A DNA stretch of 41,297 nt from Sulfurimonadaceae bacterium (GCA_041571435.1 JBFFUI010000016.1:1-41297), one strand, 5' to 3'; shown: positions 28,501 to 37,350, numbered from the stretch's first letter. The notes: a model not told the origin generated them from the sequence alone. Program-made: numbers and translations.

Positions 28501-28517
28501 TGACCAAGCGCTTTTAA
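25500..28517 (+). CDS. Exported fusion protein: TPR repeats - CE4 polysaccharide deacetylase - TPR repeats - outer-membrane beta-barrel
   Basis: Signal peptide; TPRs at ~25580-26140; CE4 at ~26205-26870 (LLYH, ITFDDG, GSHSKSH, FAYPFG, SRI); TPRs at ~26980-27620; alternating beta-strand region to the C-terminal F. An ATGA overlap with the GT2 stop and the RBS favour start 25500 (track: 25491). Confidence 0.85.
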   Translation: MRLLLLVLITTAISFCAQGDIPYTGLKAEMDKRWNDAANVYEDAVWNDPSRVDLYLRLADIYSLEKEYEKASDTLRRAIEVAPERVELYVKLSDVYAVDNKPDKALQAIESALRLEPENREILMAHAKIANWTKRPKLAIGSLEKILEQDPNDKEARLLLAKSQEWAKELDDAIDEYRIYLEKNPDDLKVRLDLAQIQYIVDDVNGSNATMEAVFDDVFKEKPAIGLDQHDQGTQEIPVLLYHCIGKTAPNSYWVTEDEFSSQMQFLKEEGYESISTNALDDGTRLPKKPVLITFDDGCQNLYTQAYPILKENGLFAEIYLISDAMAETDAERKQSSTEQFGEMGKSSVTTYLTWPEIKEMADNGMVFGSHSKSHRMMVELSKEDIAYELMYSKLAIYANTGVTVKSFAYPFGNGNTSASIHKMLRKYGFSKAMAAEGGLEPLKDTDMLNISRIEVYGAHPSIDPNSKGVSVTLDPSRPADQFSAKLDPSDAERFFEESNRYTAAGELQKALASIDESVRLEPNNIRYLGTRLHAAGAAKNVSKALDSAERIYQLDPENTSNVLELARTMVWENDLNGAARYYAYYHERHPKDQEVYIEYAQVQMWRGDYDAAIDILEAYKTMFGSDDSYTITKADALAWANRPSRSFELLGPILEKSPDDYNANYINTVALYNHREPIAAVESLEKVEKIAPEANENSFLRKYVTTSSRTSVTGGLEYRFDSDKVSIASAVLGGEYYFTPATNIYALGRIDYLHVTGPNTAAFGTKALHSALRVGVSHRFSSLLKAGAYIGAAKAESNSDAVYGASLSLVPHDQLSLSMTYDHRYFVVTPRTVELGITDDALRAGLHWDQTLLWYADLLGGYDVMSDNNNRWNADLSEMRKMLRSQYWNIDAGVTALLYGYDDELIGADDGYYAPELYQGYYLTGSFNRVLSGDDSLNLLVNAGVFKDNNMDNFEIGGSLYLEGLFGIYRDWMFKASAGVDYSGRYYDESYRGASLQLYVTKRF

Positions 28518-28651
28518 TGCTTGGGCTGATAGCCACTTTCATCCTATGTGATCAGGAGTGTTACAGCAAGCGCTGGAGCGCTTCTTGATGAGAATGGGTA
28601 TTTGATAGAACTGAAAGGCATTCCGCCGCAAGCGCAGCGTGATTTCTAGCC

Positions 28652-29413
28652 TCAGCGAATACTTTTAATGAGGTGAAAATAGTCTGGGTTACTGGCGTTG
28701 TAATAGGGTTTGATAATCGCATTTTGATATCCTTGCGACTGCTCGATCGAGACGATCTTACCCACTTTGAGACCGGGGAAAAAGAGATGGTCAAGTCCTG
28801 AGGTCTGGACTTCGTCCCCCTCTTTGATCTGGATCCATGTCGGGATGAACTCAACGATCAACTCTTTTGTGTTCAGACCGTGTACAATGCCCGGGGCTTT
28901 GTTCTCGCCGACATAAACGGCATAAGAGCTTTTTAACGCACCGTTTAAAAGTGCCATCGGACGGTCATTTTTCATCACGACAATACCGGCGACATTCTCT
29001 TTATGCACCAACCCATAGACTTTGGAGCTGTCAAATGCCGGCGTATCTATCCAGACTTTGTTGATATCGCCGAATTTGACATAGGAGATCGTGCGGACCA
29101 GTTCGATCTCCGGTTTTACTTTGAACGAAGAGTTGTTTTCGACAAAGAGGGCATTGAGTTCGGTTGCGACCTGGTGGAGCAGCAGATGGCTCTCTTCATA
29201 GAGCGCAAGTTTTTCACGCAGCGCGATGATGGTGTCTTGTTGTGCGAAGTGTTCGTCATAGCTTTTACCAATAGCGGACGTGGTGTTGTGATAGGTGCTT
29301 TTGATCGTGTTGGTGAGGGAGAGAATAGGGCTCTGAAGCCCTGTTGAAAAGAACATTGTAACACTGAAGATGGCTACAAAGAGTAAAAAAACGCCTAGGA
29401 CTTCTCTGTTCAT
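28652..29413 (-). CDS. mreC: Rod shape-determining protein MreC
   Basis: N-terminal TM, coiled coil, IKEGDEVQTSGLDHLFFPGLKVG; follows mreB. Confidence 0.92.
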   Translation of the reverse strand: MNREVLGVFLLFVAIFSVTMFFSTGLQSPILSLTNTIKSTYHNTTSAIGKSYDEHFAQQDTIIALREKLALYEESHLLLHQVATELNALFVENNSSFKVKPEIELVRTISYVKFGDINKVWIDTPAFDSSKVYGLVHKENVAGIVVMKNDRPMALLNGALKSSYAVYVGENKAPGIVHGLNTKELIVEFIPTWIQIKEGDEVQTSGLDHLFFPGLKVGKIVSIEQSQGYQNAIIKPYYNASNPDYFHLIKSIR

Positions 29414-29416
29414 CTA

Positions 29417-30451
29417 TTATTCGTCAAACAGCTCTTGAAGTAGATCGATCTCATCAAGTGCTTTTCCTGTTCCTTTTGCAACCGCTAAAAGCGGCTCGTC
29501 TGCAACATAGACAGGGATACGGATGATGTCCGAGAGGTATTTGTCAAGCTGACGGATCAAGGCACCGCCACCTGTCAATGCAACACCGTGGTTCACGATA
29601 TCACCAGCCAGGTCAGGCGGCATCTGTTCAAGCACGTCACGCAAGGCTTCAGCGATCTCTTTAAGCGGCTCTTCCATCGCTTCTCTGGCATCTTCGCTTG
29701 AGAGCGTGATAGAGCTAAGAAGACCTTCGACCTGATCACGACCGGTGATCGTGTAGCTAAGCGGCTCATCTAGTTCGACTGCCGTACCGATAGAGATCTT
29801 GATCTCTTCAGCGACACGTTCACCGACCAAAAGGTTGTATTTACGACGAATGTAGTTAATAATGGCCAAATCGATCTTGTCCCCGGCGACACGGATAGAT
29901 TTGGAGAGCACCAGACCGCCGAGAGAGACGACACCGATCTCGGTCGTACCGCCTCCGATGTCAACGACAAGGTGACCTTGCGGCTCGCGGATGTCAATGC
30001 CTGCACCGATAGCTGCAGCCATCGGCTCTTCGATCAGGAACACCTCGCGGGCACCGGCTGAAAGGGCTGATTCACGTACCGCTTTACGCTCAACCTGCGT
30101 CAGTCCGTAAGGGACACAGATGATGATACGGGGACTGATCAGTGCCTTACGTCCATGAGCTTTTTCGATAAACTTGCGGATCATCTTTTCTGTCATATCA
30201 AAGTCAGCGATGACCCCGTCTCTCATCGGACGGATCGCTTTGATATTTCCAGGGGTTTTACCCACCATATCCTTTGCTTCATGACCAACGGCTAGGACCT
30301 TCGTCTGACCGTATTTTTCATTTTTAACGGCGACAACAGAAGGTTCGTTAATGATAACCCCGTGCCCTTTAGCGATGACGAGTGTGTTGGCTGTTCCAAG
30401 GTCGATTGCGAGGTCACTCGAGAAAAGACCGATGAGTTTGTTAAAAATCAT
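29417..30451 (-). CDS. mreB: Actin-like rod shape protein MreB
   Basis: IDLGTANT, EPSVVA, IRPMRDGVIADF, VDIGGGTTE, LTGGGAL. Confidence 0.98.
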   Translation of the reverse strand: MIFNKLIGLFSSDLAIDLGTANTLVIAKGHGVIINEPSVVAVKNEKYGQTKVLAVGHEAKDMVGKTPGNIKAIRPMRDGVIADFDMTEKMIRKFIEKAHGRKALISPRIIICVPYGLTQVERKAVRESALSAGAREVFLIEEPMAAAIGAGIDIREPQGHLVVDIGGGTTEIGVVSLGGLVLSKSIRVAGDKIDLAIINYIRRKYNLLVGERVAEEIKISIGTAVELDEPLSYTITGRDQVEGLLSSITLSSEDAREAMEEPLKEIAEALRDVLEQMPPDLAGDIVNHGVALTGGGALIRQLDKYLSDIIRIPVYVADEPLLAVAKGTGKALDEIDLLQELFDE

Positions 30452-30462
30452 TTTTTATATTC

Positions 30463-31710
30463 CTATGCGCTTTTTTGTTTGCTTTTTTTAATATAGAGAG
30501 GCTTTTCACCGTTGTCGATTACCTCTTTTGTGATGACAACCTCATAGCCGCTGTACTCCGGCAGAGTATACATGATATCGATCATACTCTCTTCCATGAT
30601 GGCACGGATACCGCGGGCACCGGTTTTACGCGCGATCGCTTTTGCCGCAACGGCTAATAGTGCATCCTCTTCAAAGGTGAGTTCGACATCATCGATCGCA
30701 AACAGTTTTTTGTACTGTTTGACCAGCGAGTTTTTAGGTTCCGTCAAAATGCGGACCATATCCTCTTCGTTGATCTCATTGAGTGATGCAATGATCGGCA
30801 GTCGGCCGATAAGCTCAGGGATCAGGCCGTAATGGACCAGATCATCAGGTTCGACCATGTCGAGTGTCGGTTTCTGCTCATCTTTAGACTTTTTCTCTTG
30901 CCCGAATCCAAGGATATTCTCACCCTGCTTGCGTTTCAGGATATCCTGCATGCCGTCAAAGGCACCGCCGCAGATAAAGAGTATGCCTGATGTGTCCATC
31001 TGTACAAACTCCTGGTTAGGGTGTTTGCGACCGCCTTTTGGCGGCAGGTTGACCTGAGCACCTTCAATGATCTTAAGTAGTGCCTGCTGTACCCCTTCGC
31101 CCGAGACATCACGCGTGATCGAACGGTTTTCACTCATGCGGGCGATCTTGTCGACTTCGTCAATAAAGACGATCCCCTGCTGGGCACGTTCGACATCACC
31201 GTCGGCAGCCTGCAGAAGTTTCGTCAGAATGTTCTCGACATCTTCGCCGACATAACCTGCTTCGGTCAGAGATGTTGCATCGGCAATCGCAATCGGTACA
31301 TTCAATACACGTGCGATCGTCTGTGCCATAAGTGTCTTGCCTGAACCGGTCGGTCCGATAAGCAGGATGTTGGACTTGGCGATCTCAGTGTTGTCATCTT
31401 CGACCAGCGATGTTTTGAAAATGCGCTTATAGTGGTTGTATACGGCTACAGAAAGCAGTTTCCTGGCATTCTCCTGACCGATGACATATTCACCCAAAAA
31501 GGCATTGAGCTCTTTTGGGGTCATCAGTTTTGTCGTTGCATCGACCAGTGCCTGCTCTTTTTCCGTTACATCACCCTGGTTGTCGCCAAACATGATCTTG
31601 TACGCAGAGTAGACACAGTTCTTACAAATGTAAACACTGTTTCCCGCTATTAGGGGATTCGCTTCGCTCTCTTGTGCATTACAGAAACTGCAGTTACGAT
31701 GGTCGCTCAT
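30463..31710 (-). CDS. clpX: ATP-dependent Clp protease ATP-binding subunit
   Basis: CSFC...ICKNC zinc finger, [33 protein letters not shown]. Confidence 0.98.
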   Translation of the reverse strand: MSDHRNCSFCNAQESEANPLIAGNSVYICKNCVYSAYKIMFGDNQGDVTEKEQALVDATTKLMTPKELNAFLGEYVIGQENARKLLSVAVYNHYKRIFKTSLVEDDNTEIAKSNILLIGPTGSGKTLMAQTIARVLNVPIAIADATSLTEAGYVGEDVENILTKLLQAADGDVERAQQGIVFIDEVDKIARMSENRSITRDVSGEGVQQALLKIIEGAQVNLPPKGGRKHPNQEFVQMDTSGILFICGGAFDGMQDILKRKQGENILGFGQEKKSKDEQKPTLDMVEPDDLVHYGLIPELIGRLPIIASLNEINEEDMVRILTEPKNSLVKQYKKLFAIDDVELTFEEDALLAVAAKAIARKTGARGIRAIMEESMIDIMYTLPEYSGYEVVITKEVIDNGEKPLYIKKSKQKSA

Positions 31711-32492
31711 ATGTTTTTCCTTTCAAACGGAATCCCGCGTTTAGTGTTGCTGATAAATTCGCAAAGATTCTTGACATAGCGGTTATCCGTTGATTCAAGA
31801 AGTTCAAGTGCAACATCCTGAAGCGGACGGCCCAGCTCAAACAGCTCTTTATAGGCTGATTTCAGCGCATTGATATCGTCGCGTTCAAGATGGCGGCGCA
31901 GACCAGTCAGGTTGAGGCCCCGCAATGTTGCCCGATTCCCTTCTGCCATACAGTACGGTGGTACATCTTGTGAGAGTGCAGATGCCCCGCCGACCATAGC
32001 GAAGTCACCGATCTTGACAAATTGATGGATCGGTGTCATGCCGCCGATAACGGCACCGTTGCCCATCTCCACATGGCCTGCCAGTGTCGCGGCATTGGCC
32101 AGGATACAGTTGTCACCGATAATGACGTCATGACCAAGGTGAACATAGCCCATAAAAAGGTTGTTGTTACCGACTTTTGTAATGCTTCCGCCCCCTTCGG
32201 TACCCGGGTTGAACAGAGTGAACTCACGGATGGTGTTGTTGTCACCGATGACAAGTTCAACGTCCTCACCATGAAACTTCAGATCCTGCGGGATCGAACC
32301 GAGAACAGCGTGTGAAAAGATACGGTTGTTTTTCCCAATGGTCGTTTTACCGTAGATACAGGCACCGTGTGCGATGGTCGTTCCATCACCAATCGTCGCC
32401 TGAGCTGAGATAAAACAGTGCGGGGCGATCTCGACATTTTCACCGATAACAGCGCCATCCTCGATAATGGCCAAAGGGGAAATCATACTCAC
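31707..32492 (-). CDS. lpxA: UDP-N-acetylglucosamine O-acyltransferase
   Basis: Hexapeptide repeats, [29 protein letters not shown]. Confidence 0.97.
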   Translation of the reverse strand: MSMISPLAIIEDGAVIGENVEIAPHCFISAQATIGDGTTIAHGACIYGKTTIGKNNRIFSHAVLGSIPQDLKFHGEDVELVIGDNNTIREFTLFNPGTEGGGSITKVGNNNLFMGYVHLGHDVIIGDNCILANAATLAGHVEMGNGAVIGGMTPIHQFVKIGDFAMVGGASALSQDVPPYCMAEGNRATLRGLNLTGLRRHLERDDINALKSAYKELFELGRPLQDVALELLESTDNRYVKNLCEFISNTKRGIPFERKNI

Positions 32493-32500
32493 ATCAAACC

Positions 32501-32944
32501 TTATTTGTCGACTACCATAGCTTTAAGTTCCGCTTCCGATACCAGCTGGTCATCGACATACGCTTCACCGTTAAGCATCCAGATCGCGCCTTTTTGCTTT
32601 ATGACGCTTACACGGTACTCCAAACGGTCACCTGGGCGGACCGGTTTACGGAATTTCGCGTTGTCAATACTCATGAAATAGACGACTTTCTCTTTGACCT
32701 CTTCTTTGCTCAGGTCCATACTCTGAAATGCCAAAAGACCGCCTGCCTGCGCAAGGCCTTCCAAGATCATAACACCAGGGTAGATCGGGTGACCCGGAAA
32801 ATGCCCTTCAAAGACCGGCTCGCTGATACTGACATTTTTAAATGCGACAATGTTATCACCTTTATCCAGTGAAACAACTCTGTCTACGAGTAAAAACGGG
32901 TAACGGTGTGGTAGGATCTCTTGTATTTCGACGACGTCCATCAT
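32501..32944 (-). CDS. fabZ: 3-hydroxyacyl-ACP dehydratase
   Basis: [49 protein letters not shown] precedes ATG 32944. Confidence 0.97.
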   Translation of the reverse strand: MMDVVEIQEILPHRYPFLLVDRVVSLDKGDNIVAFKNVSISEPVFEGHFPGHPIYPGVMILEGLAQAGGLLAFQSMDLSKEEVKEKVVYFMSIDNAKFRKPVRPGDRLEYRVSVIKQKGAIWMLNGEAYVDDQLVSEAELKAMVVDK

Positions 32945-33099
32945 ATATAAAACCTTTGCTATTGGGCACGACTGCAACCTAAGTAGTCGCAGAACGTTAA
33001 GCCATGTAAAATTAATGGCTTATTTTATCCAAAAATCTGTTAAGGAAGCATAATCCGCTGAAAATAGGCTTGAAGAAGGTGTTTAGTCAGAGAAAAGTG

Positions 33100-34182
33100 T
33101 CACCGTTTGACTAAGATCTCTTTTGTGTCGTCATAGGTCTTGGCGTCAAGGTGAAGCGTCAGTTTTCCTTCGGGAATATGATCGACGACGATGAGCGGCG
33201 AGAGGCTGTATGGCACTGGCAGTAGATGCTGACGTACTTTCAGTTCTACATCCATACCGGGTGCATTGAAAATAAGTTCGTTGATTGTTGAGAAATGGGT
33301 CCCTGTCAGTGCATTGAAATGCGCCAGTGTAATAAAACAGACCTCTTCGCGATTCATATAATGAACGTTGTCGATCGAATATTCGATCTTGCCTTGTGCC
33401 CGTTTGCGAGGCAGATAGGAGTAGGCCAGGGCGTGGGCCGGAATGACCTGGGTTTTGCCTTTGAGCAGCGTGCATGAGAACTGGCGGTAGTTAAGAAATT
33501 TTTGACGGACGATCTTGTAGTCAATGCCCTCATCTTCAAACTGCATCCGTTTTTCATACATGGCCAGCCGCTCTTCGATCGAGGCGGGTAGAACAGTGTT
33601 GGCGACAGGCGAGAACATCTCGTCCATCAGCTTGTCCTGCTGGTCGCGCTGCATGGTCAGGCCATAGATACAGCCGCAGTAATCCTGACGATAGAGCTGC
33701 TCCTCTTTGGTGACACGGCTCTGGTCCTGTGTCCCGCCATTGGCCCTGTAATCTACAGCGACGAACTCTACGCCGTTTTTTTCATAAAAAGCATCGCCGA
33801 CGCGCTTGAGCTGCTCCTGCGACTTGAGCGGTGAGACCAACAGGGTCGTGGTGATCTTCTTTTCGCCGAGAGCCAGTGCTTTTTCAGCGCTGACACTAAA
33901 ACGTTTGTCAAAACAGACCTCGCAGCGCGCCCCTTTTTCAGGTTCGTTCTCAAGCCCTCGGACGGCCTGCATCCAGTTTTCGAAATCGTACTCGCCTTCG
34001 AGCAGGTCGATTCCGAGTTTCTTGCAGCTTCTTTGAACATCCAAATAGCGGAGTCTGTACTCCGAATAGGGGTGAATGTTTGGATCATAAAAAAAGCCGG
34101 TCAGTTTTTCGTCGGGGAAGTCGTGCTGGAGTTTTTCTAAAAAGAAGTGAGAGTCAACGGAACAGCAGATGTGCACTAACAT
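33100..34182 (-). CDS. queH: Epoxyqueuosine reductase QueH (DUF208) with C-terminal extension
   Basis: LVHICC, YDPNIHP, EPEKGARCEVCF, LYRQDYCGC. Confidence 0.9.
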   Translation of the reverse strand: MLVHICCSVDSHFFLEKLQHDFPDEKLTGFFYDPNIHPYSEYRLRYLDVQRSCKKLGIDLLEGEYDFENWMQAVRGLENEPEKGARCEVCFDKRFSVSAEKALALGEKKITTTLLVSPLKSQEQLKRVGDAFYEKNGVEFVAVDYRANGGTQDQSRVTKEEQLYRQDYCGCIYGLTMQRDQQDKLMDEMFSPVANTVLPASIEERLAMYEKRMQFEDEGIDYKIVRQKFLNYRQFSCTLLKGKTQVIPAHALAYSYLPRKRAQGKIEYSIDNVHYMNREEVCFITLAHFNALTGTHFSTINELIFNAPGMDVELKVRQHLLPVPYSLSPLIVVDHIPEGKLTLHLDAKTYDDTKEILVKR

Positions 34183-34296
34183 AGCTGTGCCTTGTCAGCA
34201 GGAGATAGGGAAAGAGAAACAGGCAAGGCGCTTTTTAGATCGACGATTTTGATGATCGGCATCCGTTTCCCTTTCACACTATCTCTTACTTGAGAA

Positions 34297-34803
34297 CTAG
34301 CGTTCTGCCAGGATCTCTACAGACTCGATCTTGTCTTGGCCCTGAATGCTGTCAAGCACTGCCATAGACTCGGCGTCATCCGCTTCGATACCGCCAAAGA
34401 CGGTATGAACACCGTCAAGGTGAGGACACGGAACAAAACAGATAAAGAACTGTGAACCGCCGGTGTTTGGACCCGCATGTGCCATGGAAAGTGTCCCTTT
34501 GACGTGACGGTGCGTGTTCTTGTCTGTCTCACATGCGATTGCATAACCAGGACCGCCTGTACCCGTACCTTGCGGACAACCACCCTGTGCCATAAAGCCC
34601 GGGATCACACGGTGAAAGCTGAGACCGTTGTAATACCCGTCGTTAGCAAGAGACGCGAAATTTGCAACAGTGTTCGGTGTTTCATCGTTGTAGAGTTTCA
34701 ACCACATCACACCTTTACTTGTTGTCATTTTAGCCCATTGGAATGAGGCCATCTCTTCTGCAGAGAAGTCGAAAGTTTTAAGTTCAGTAGAACGTCCAAA
34801 CAT
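34297..34803 (-). CDS. Cyclophilin-type peptidyl-prolyl cis-trans isomerase
   Basis: FHRVIPGFMAQGG, GTLSMAHAG, GGSQFFI, HLDGVHTVFG; RBS AAGGA precedes ATG 34803. Confidence 0.95.
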   Translation of the reverse strand: MFGRSTELKTFDFSAEEMASFQWAKMTTSKGVMWLKLYNDETPNTVANFASLANDGYYNGLSFHRVIPGFMAQGGCPQGTGTGGPGYAIACETDKNTHRHVKGTLSMAHAGPNTGGSQFFICFVPCPHLDGVHTVFGGIEADDAESMAVLDSIQGQDKIESVEILAER

Positions 34804-34891
34804 AAATTGTCCTTTTAATATTTTGTTCGAATTATAGTAGAAGAATCTTAACCACAAACAAACTTTTGCATCTAATGTGTATAATCTGCCC

Positions 34892-36466
34892 ATGTTATCC
34901 CTACGTAAAAAAATGGCCTTGATGGGCACGCGCTACTTGAGTAGTTTTTCACTTTCGCAGGTCTATGCCTATGCCACATTTGTTGTATTGGTCTTTACCG
35001 TTATCTTCGCCTCACTGCTTATACAGAACGAGTACAAGGACTATGAAAAGCAGCTGACATCCGAGTATACGAATTTTGTTAAAGAACAGGAGTTCAGGTT
35101 AGTGCGTGCCACACGCCAGTTCGCGTCATTGATGAATTATGAGCTGCAGCACCCTTCGGACCATACCAAAGAGGCGTTAAAGCGGATCGAGCAGCTTTTC
35201 AGCGATGATGAAAACAGTTTTATACAGCTGTTTGACTCTGACGGAAAAGCACTGTTTGCGCATTCGGGCATAGAAGGGAGACTTGGAAGTATTGCCCAGC
35301 TCGAGGATGGCGCGATTATGCATTTTCAGAACATTGAACATAAGAAAACGTCGGATGCATTGGTTTATGTGCAAAAACTTGAGAAGAGCTATACACTTGT
35401 GAGCGGCAGCTATACAAAACCGGCAGAAACGTTGCTGCTAGAACGCCACAACAAGCAAAAAAGCAAGATCGTCAAGGTGGTGCTTGAGATCGTGACACTG
35501 GCGTTTATTCTGTTTGGTGTGATCTTTGGCATCAATAAGATCATCAGTGCCATCATGCAGCGCGATGTTGACACGTTTTTGCTCTTTTTTGAACGTGCCG
35601 CCCATAATGACCAGGTCATTAACTATCAACAGATCTATTTTAAAGAGTTCCGTACCATGGTCAGCTATGCCAACGAGATGCTGGAGACGATCATGCATCA
35701 AAAGCACTCTTTGGCGCAACTGAACATGTCGCTTGAAGAGAAGGTCAAAGAGAAGACCCTGGCCCTGCAAAAGAACTATGAAGAGCTGGCCCAGGCCGAA
35801 CAGTTTTCACAACAGCTGCTCGCATCGCAAAAGTTATTTTTGCGCCACGCCGTTCATGAGACCAACACCCCGCTGAGCGTGATCATGACCAGCATCGATC
35901 TCTTTAGGATGCATCACGGCAAAAACAAACAGCTCTCCAAGATCGATGCGGCGGTCAAGAACATCTTCACTATCTATGATGACCTGAGTTACCTGGTCAA
36001 AAAAGATCAGGTCGAGTACCCGCGTATCGCCATCAATTTTAATGACTATCTGCAGAGCCGTATCGACTTTTTCGAGGATGTTGCCGAACAGTCACGGCTG
36101 CGATTTGATTTTATACCGTGCGAAGGCAACCCCTATATCTACTTCAATGAGACAAAACTGCAGCGTATTATCGATAACAACATTGCTAATGCGATAAAAT
36201 ACACACTGGTCGATGAGACGATCTATATCCGGACCCTTTTTGAACGTGTTTCAATTGTCTTTGATATTGCCAGTCGTTCTAAAAAGATCGATGACACCAA
36301 TAAAGTATTAGAACCTTACTACAGAGAAGAGGGACGTTTGGAGGGATTTGGCCTCGGTCTGAACCTTGTCAAGTCGATCTGTGAAGAAGAGGATGTGACC
36401 ATTGCGATCAGCTCTACTGAAGAGCTCACCCGTTTTACCTATCGTTTCAAGACGATGGCTGTGTAA
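34892..36466 (+). CDS. Membrane sensor histidine kinase
   Basis: Two TMs around a ~150-aa periplasmic domain; H-box AVHETNTPL; DNNIANAIKY; GFGLGL. Start uncertain (34892, 34913 or 34922). Confidence 0.9.
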   Translation: MLSLRKKMALMGTRYLSSFSLSQVYAYATFVVLVFTVIFASLLIQNEYKDYEKQLTSEYTNFVKEQEFRLVRATRQFASLMNYELQHPSDHTKEALKRIEQLFSDDENSFIQLFDSDGKALFAHSGIEGRLGSIAQLEDGAIMHFQNIEHKKTSDALVYVQKLEKSYTLVSGSYTKPAETLLLERHNKQKSKIVKVVLEIVTLAFILFGVIFGINKIISAIMQRDVDTFLLFFERAAHNDQVINYQQIYFKEFRTMVSYANEMLETIMHQKHSLAQLNMSLEEKVKEKTLALQKNYEELAQAEQFSQQLLASQKLFLRHAVHETNTPLSVIMTSIDLFRMHHGKNKQLSKIDAAVKNIFTIYDDLSYLVKKDQVEYPRIAINFNDYLQSRIDFFEDVAEQSRLRFDFIPCEGNPYIYFNETKLQRIIDNNIANAIKYTLVDETIYIRTLFERVSIVFDIASRSKKIDDTNKVLEPYYREEGRLEGFGLGLNLVKSICEEEDVTIAISSTEELTRFTYRFKTMAV

Positions 36467-36483
36467 GTGGAGGTGCGGATAAG

Positions 36484-37143
36484 ATGAAGATATTTTTACT
36501 TGAAGACGAAGTGATGTTAAACGAGTCGATCGTTGAATACCTGACACTCATCGGTCATCAAGTCACCTCTTCGCTGGACGGCAGCGAAGCGATGGCAATG
36601 CTTCAGGATCAGAATTTTGACCTTCTGATCCTGGACATCAATGTCCCGGGTACGAACGGTTTGAGTCTGCTTGAGCAGCTTCATGCCAAAAAGATCCATA
36701 CGCCGGCTATCTATATCAGTGCTTTGGTGGACATAGAGGATATTTCGCGTGCGTATGACCTCGGCTGTTATGACTATCTGAAAAAACCGTTTCATCTTAA
36801 AGAGCTTGCGCTTCGTATCGACAAGATCAAACTCTCAAACGAAGTCCCGCGCGTCCATCTGCGACTCTCGAAAAATTACAGTTATGATCAGGAACATAAC
36901 CACCTGCTGTTCAAAGGAGAGGTGCAGGTGCTCTCTAAACGCCAGGCACAGATCATTGATCTTCTTGCCCGAAACCGCGGCCGTATCGTCGATTTTGACC
37001 AGTTCCAGAACTATGTGTGGGATGAAAACTTTGTCGACAATGCAACGATCCGTGCCGAAGTGAACCGTTTAAAGAAGGCACTGAAAGAGGACTTTATCCA
37101 GAACATTCGCTCGCAAGGCTACATGATCGATATCAAGATCTAA
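36484..37143 (+). CDS. OmpR-family response regulator
   Basis: IFLLEDE, LILDINVP, DYLKKPF, winged helix TIRAEVNRLKK...GY. Confidence 0.93.
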   Translation: MKIFLLEDEVMLNESIVEYLTLIGHQVTSSLDGSEAMAMLQDQNFDLLILDINVPGTNGLSLLEQLHAKKIHTPAIYISALVDIEDISRAYDLGCYDYLKKPFHLKELALRIDKIKLSNEVPRVHLRLSKNYSYDQEHNHLLFKGEVQVLSKRQAQIIDLLARNRGRIVDFDQFQNYVWDENFVDNATIRAEVNRLKKALKEDFIQNIRSQGYMIDIKI

Positions 37144-37274
37144 CCACCCCGCTGCGTTTTAGAGCACTCCGCTACTTTATTATAAGCCACAACCCACCGA
37201 TTTCTGTTACACAAATCCACGCTTTTCAGACAATCTGACGCGCTAAACCGCTGTAAAGCCACTTTTTTCTCTTT

Positions 37275-37307
37275 TGCTATGTTCATGCTACGTTTCTGTT
37301 TTACTAT
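37275..37307 (+). promoter_or_regulatory. 11-bp direct repeat TGCTAYGTT x2 upstream of a TACTAT -10
   Basis: TGCTATGTTCA TGCTACGTTTC tgttt TACTAT. Confidence 0.55.
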
Positions 37308-37350
37308 TGAGGCGTGAACATTTTGAAGCGGGCCTGCTTCAGAAAAAAGG

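Noticed and set aside
23135-28517. Naming the operon pgaABC, ica, pel or bcs
   Set aside because: No PgaD/IcaD, GH153, PilZ/BcsB or GT4 PelF; the synthase motif is altered and an SDR is included, so known symbols are not justified.
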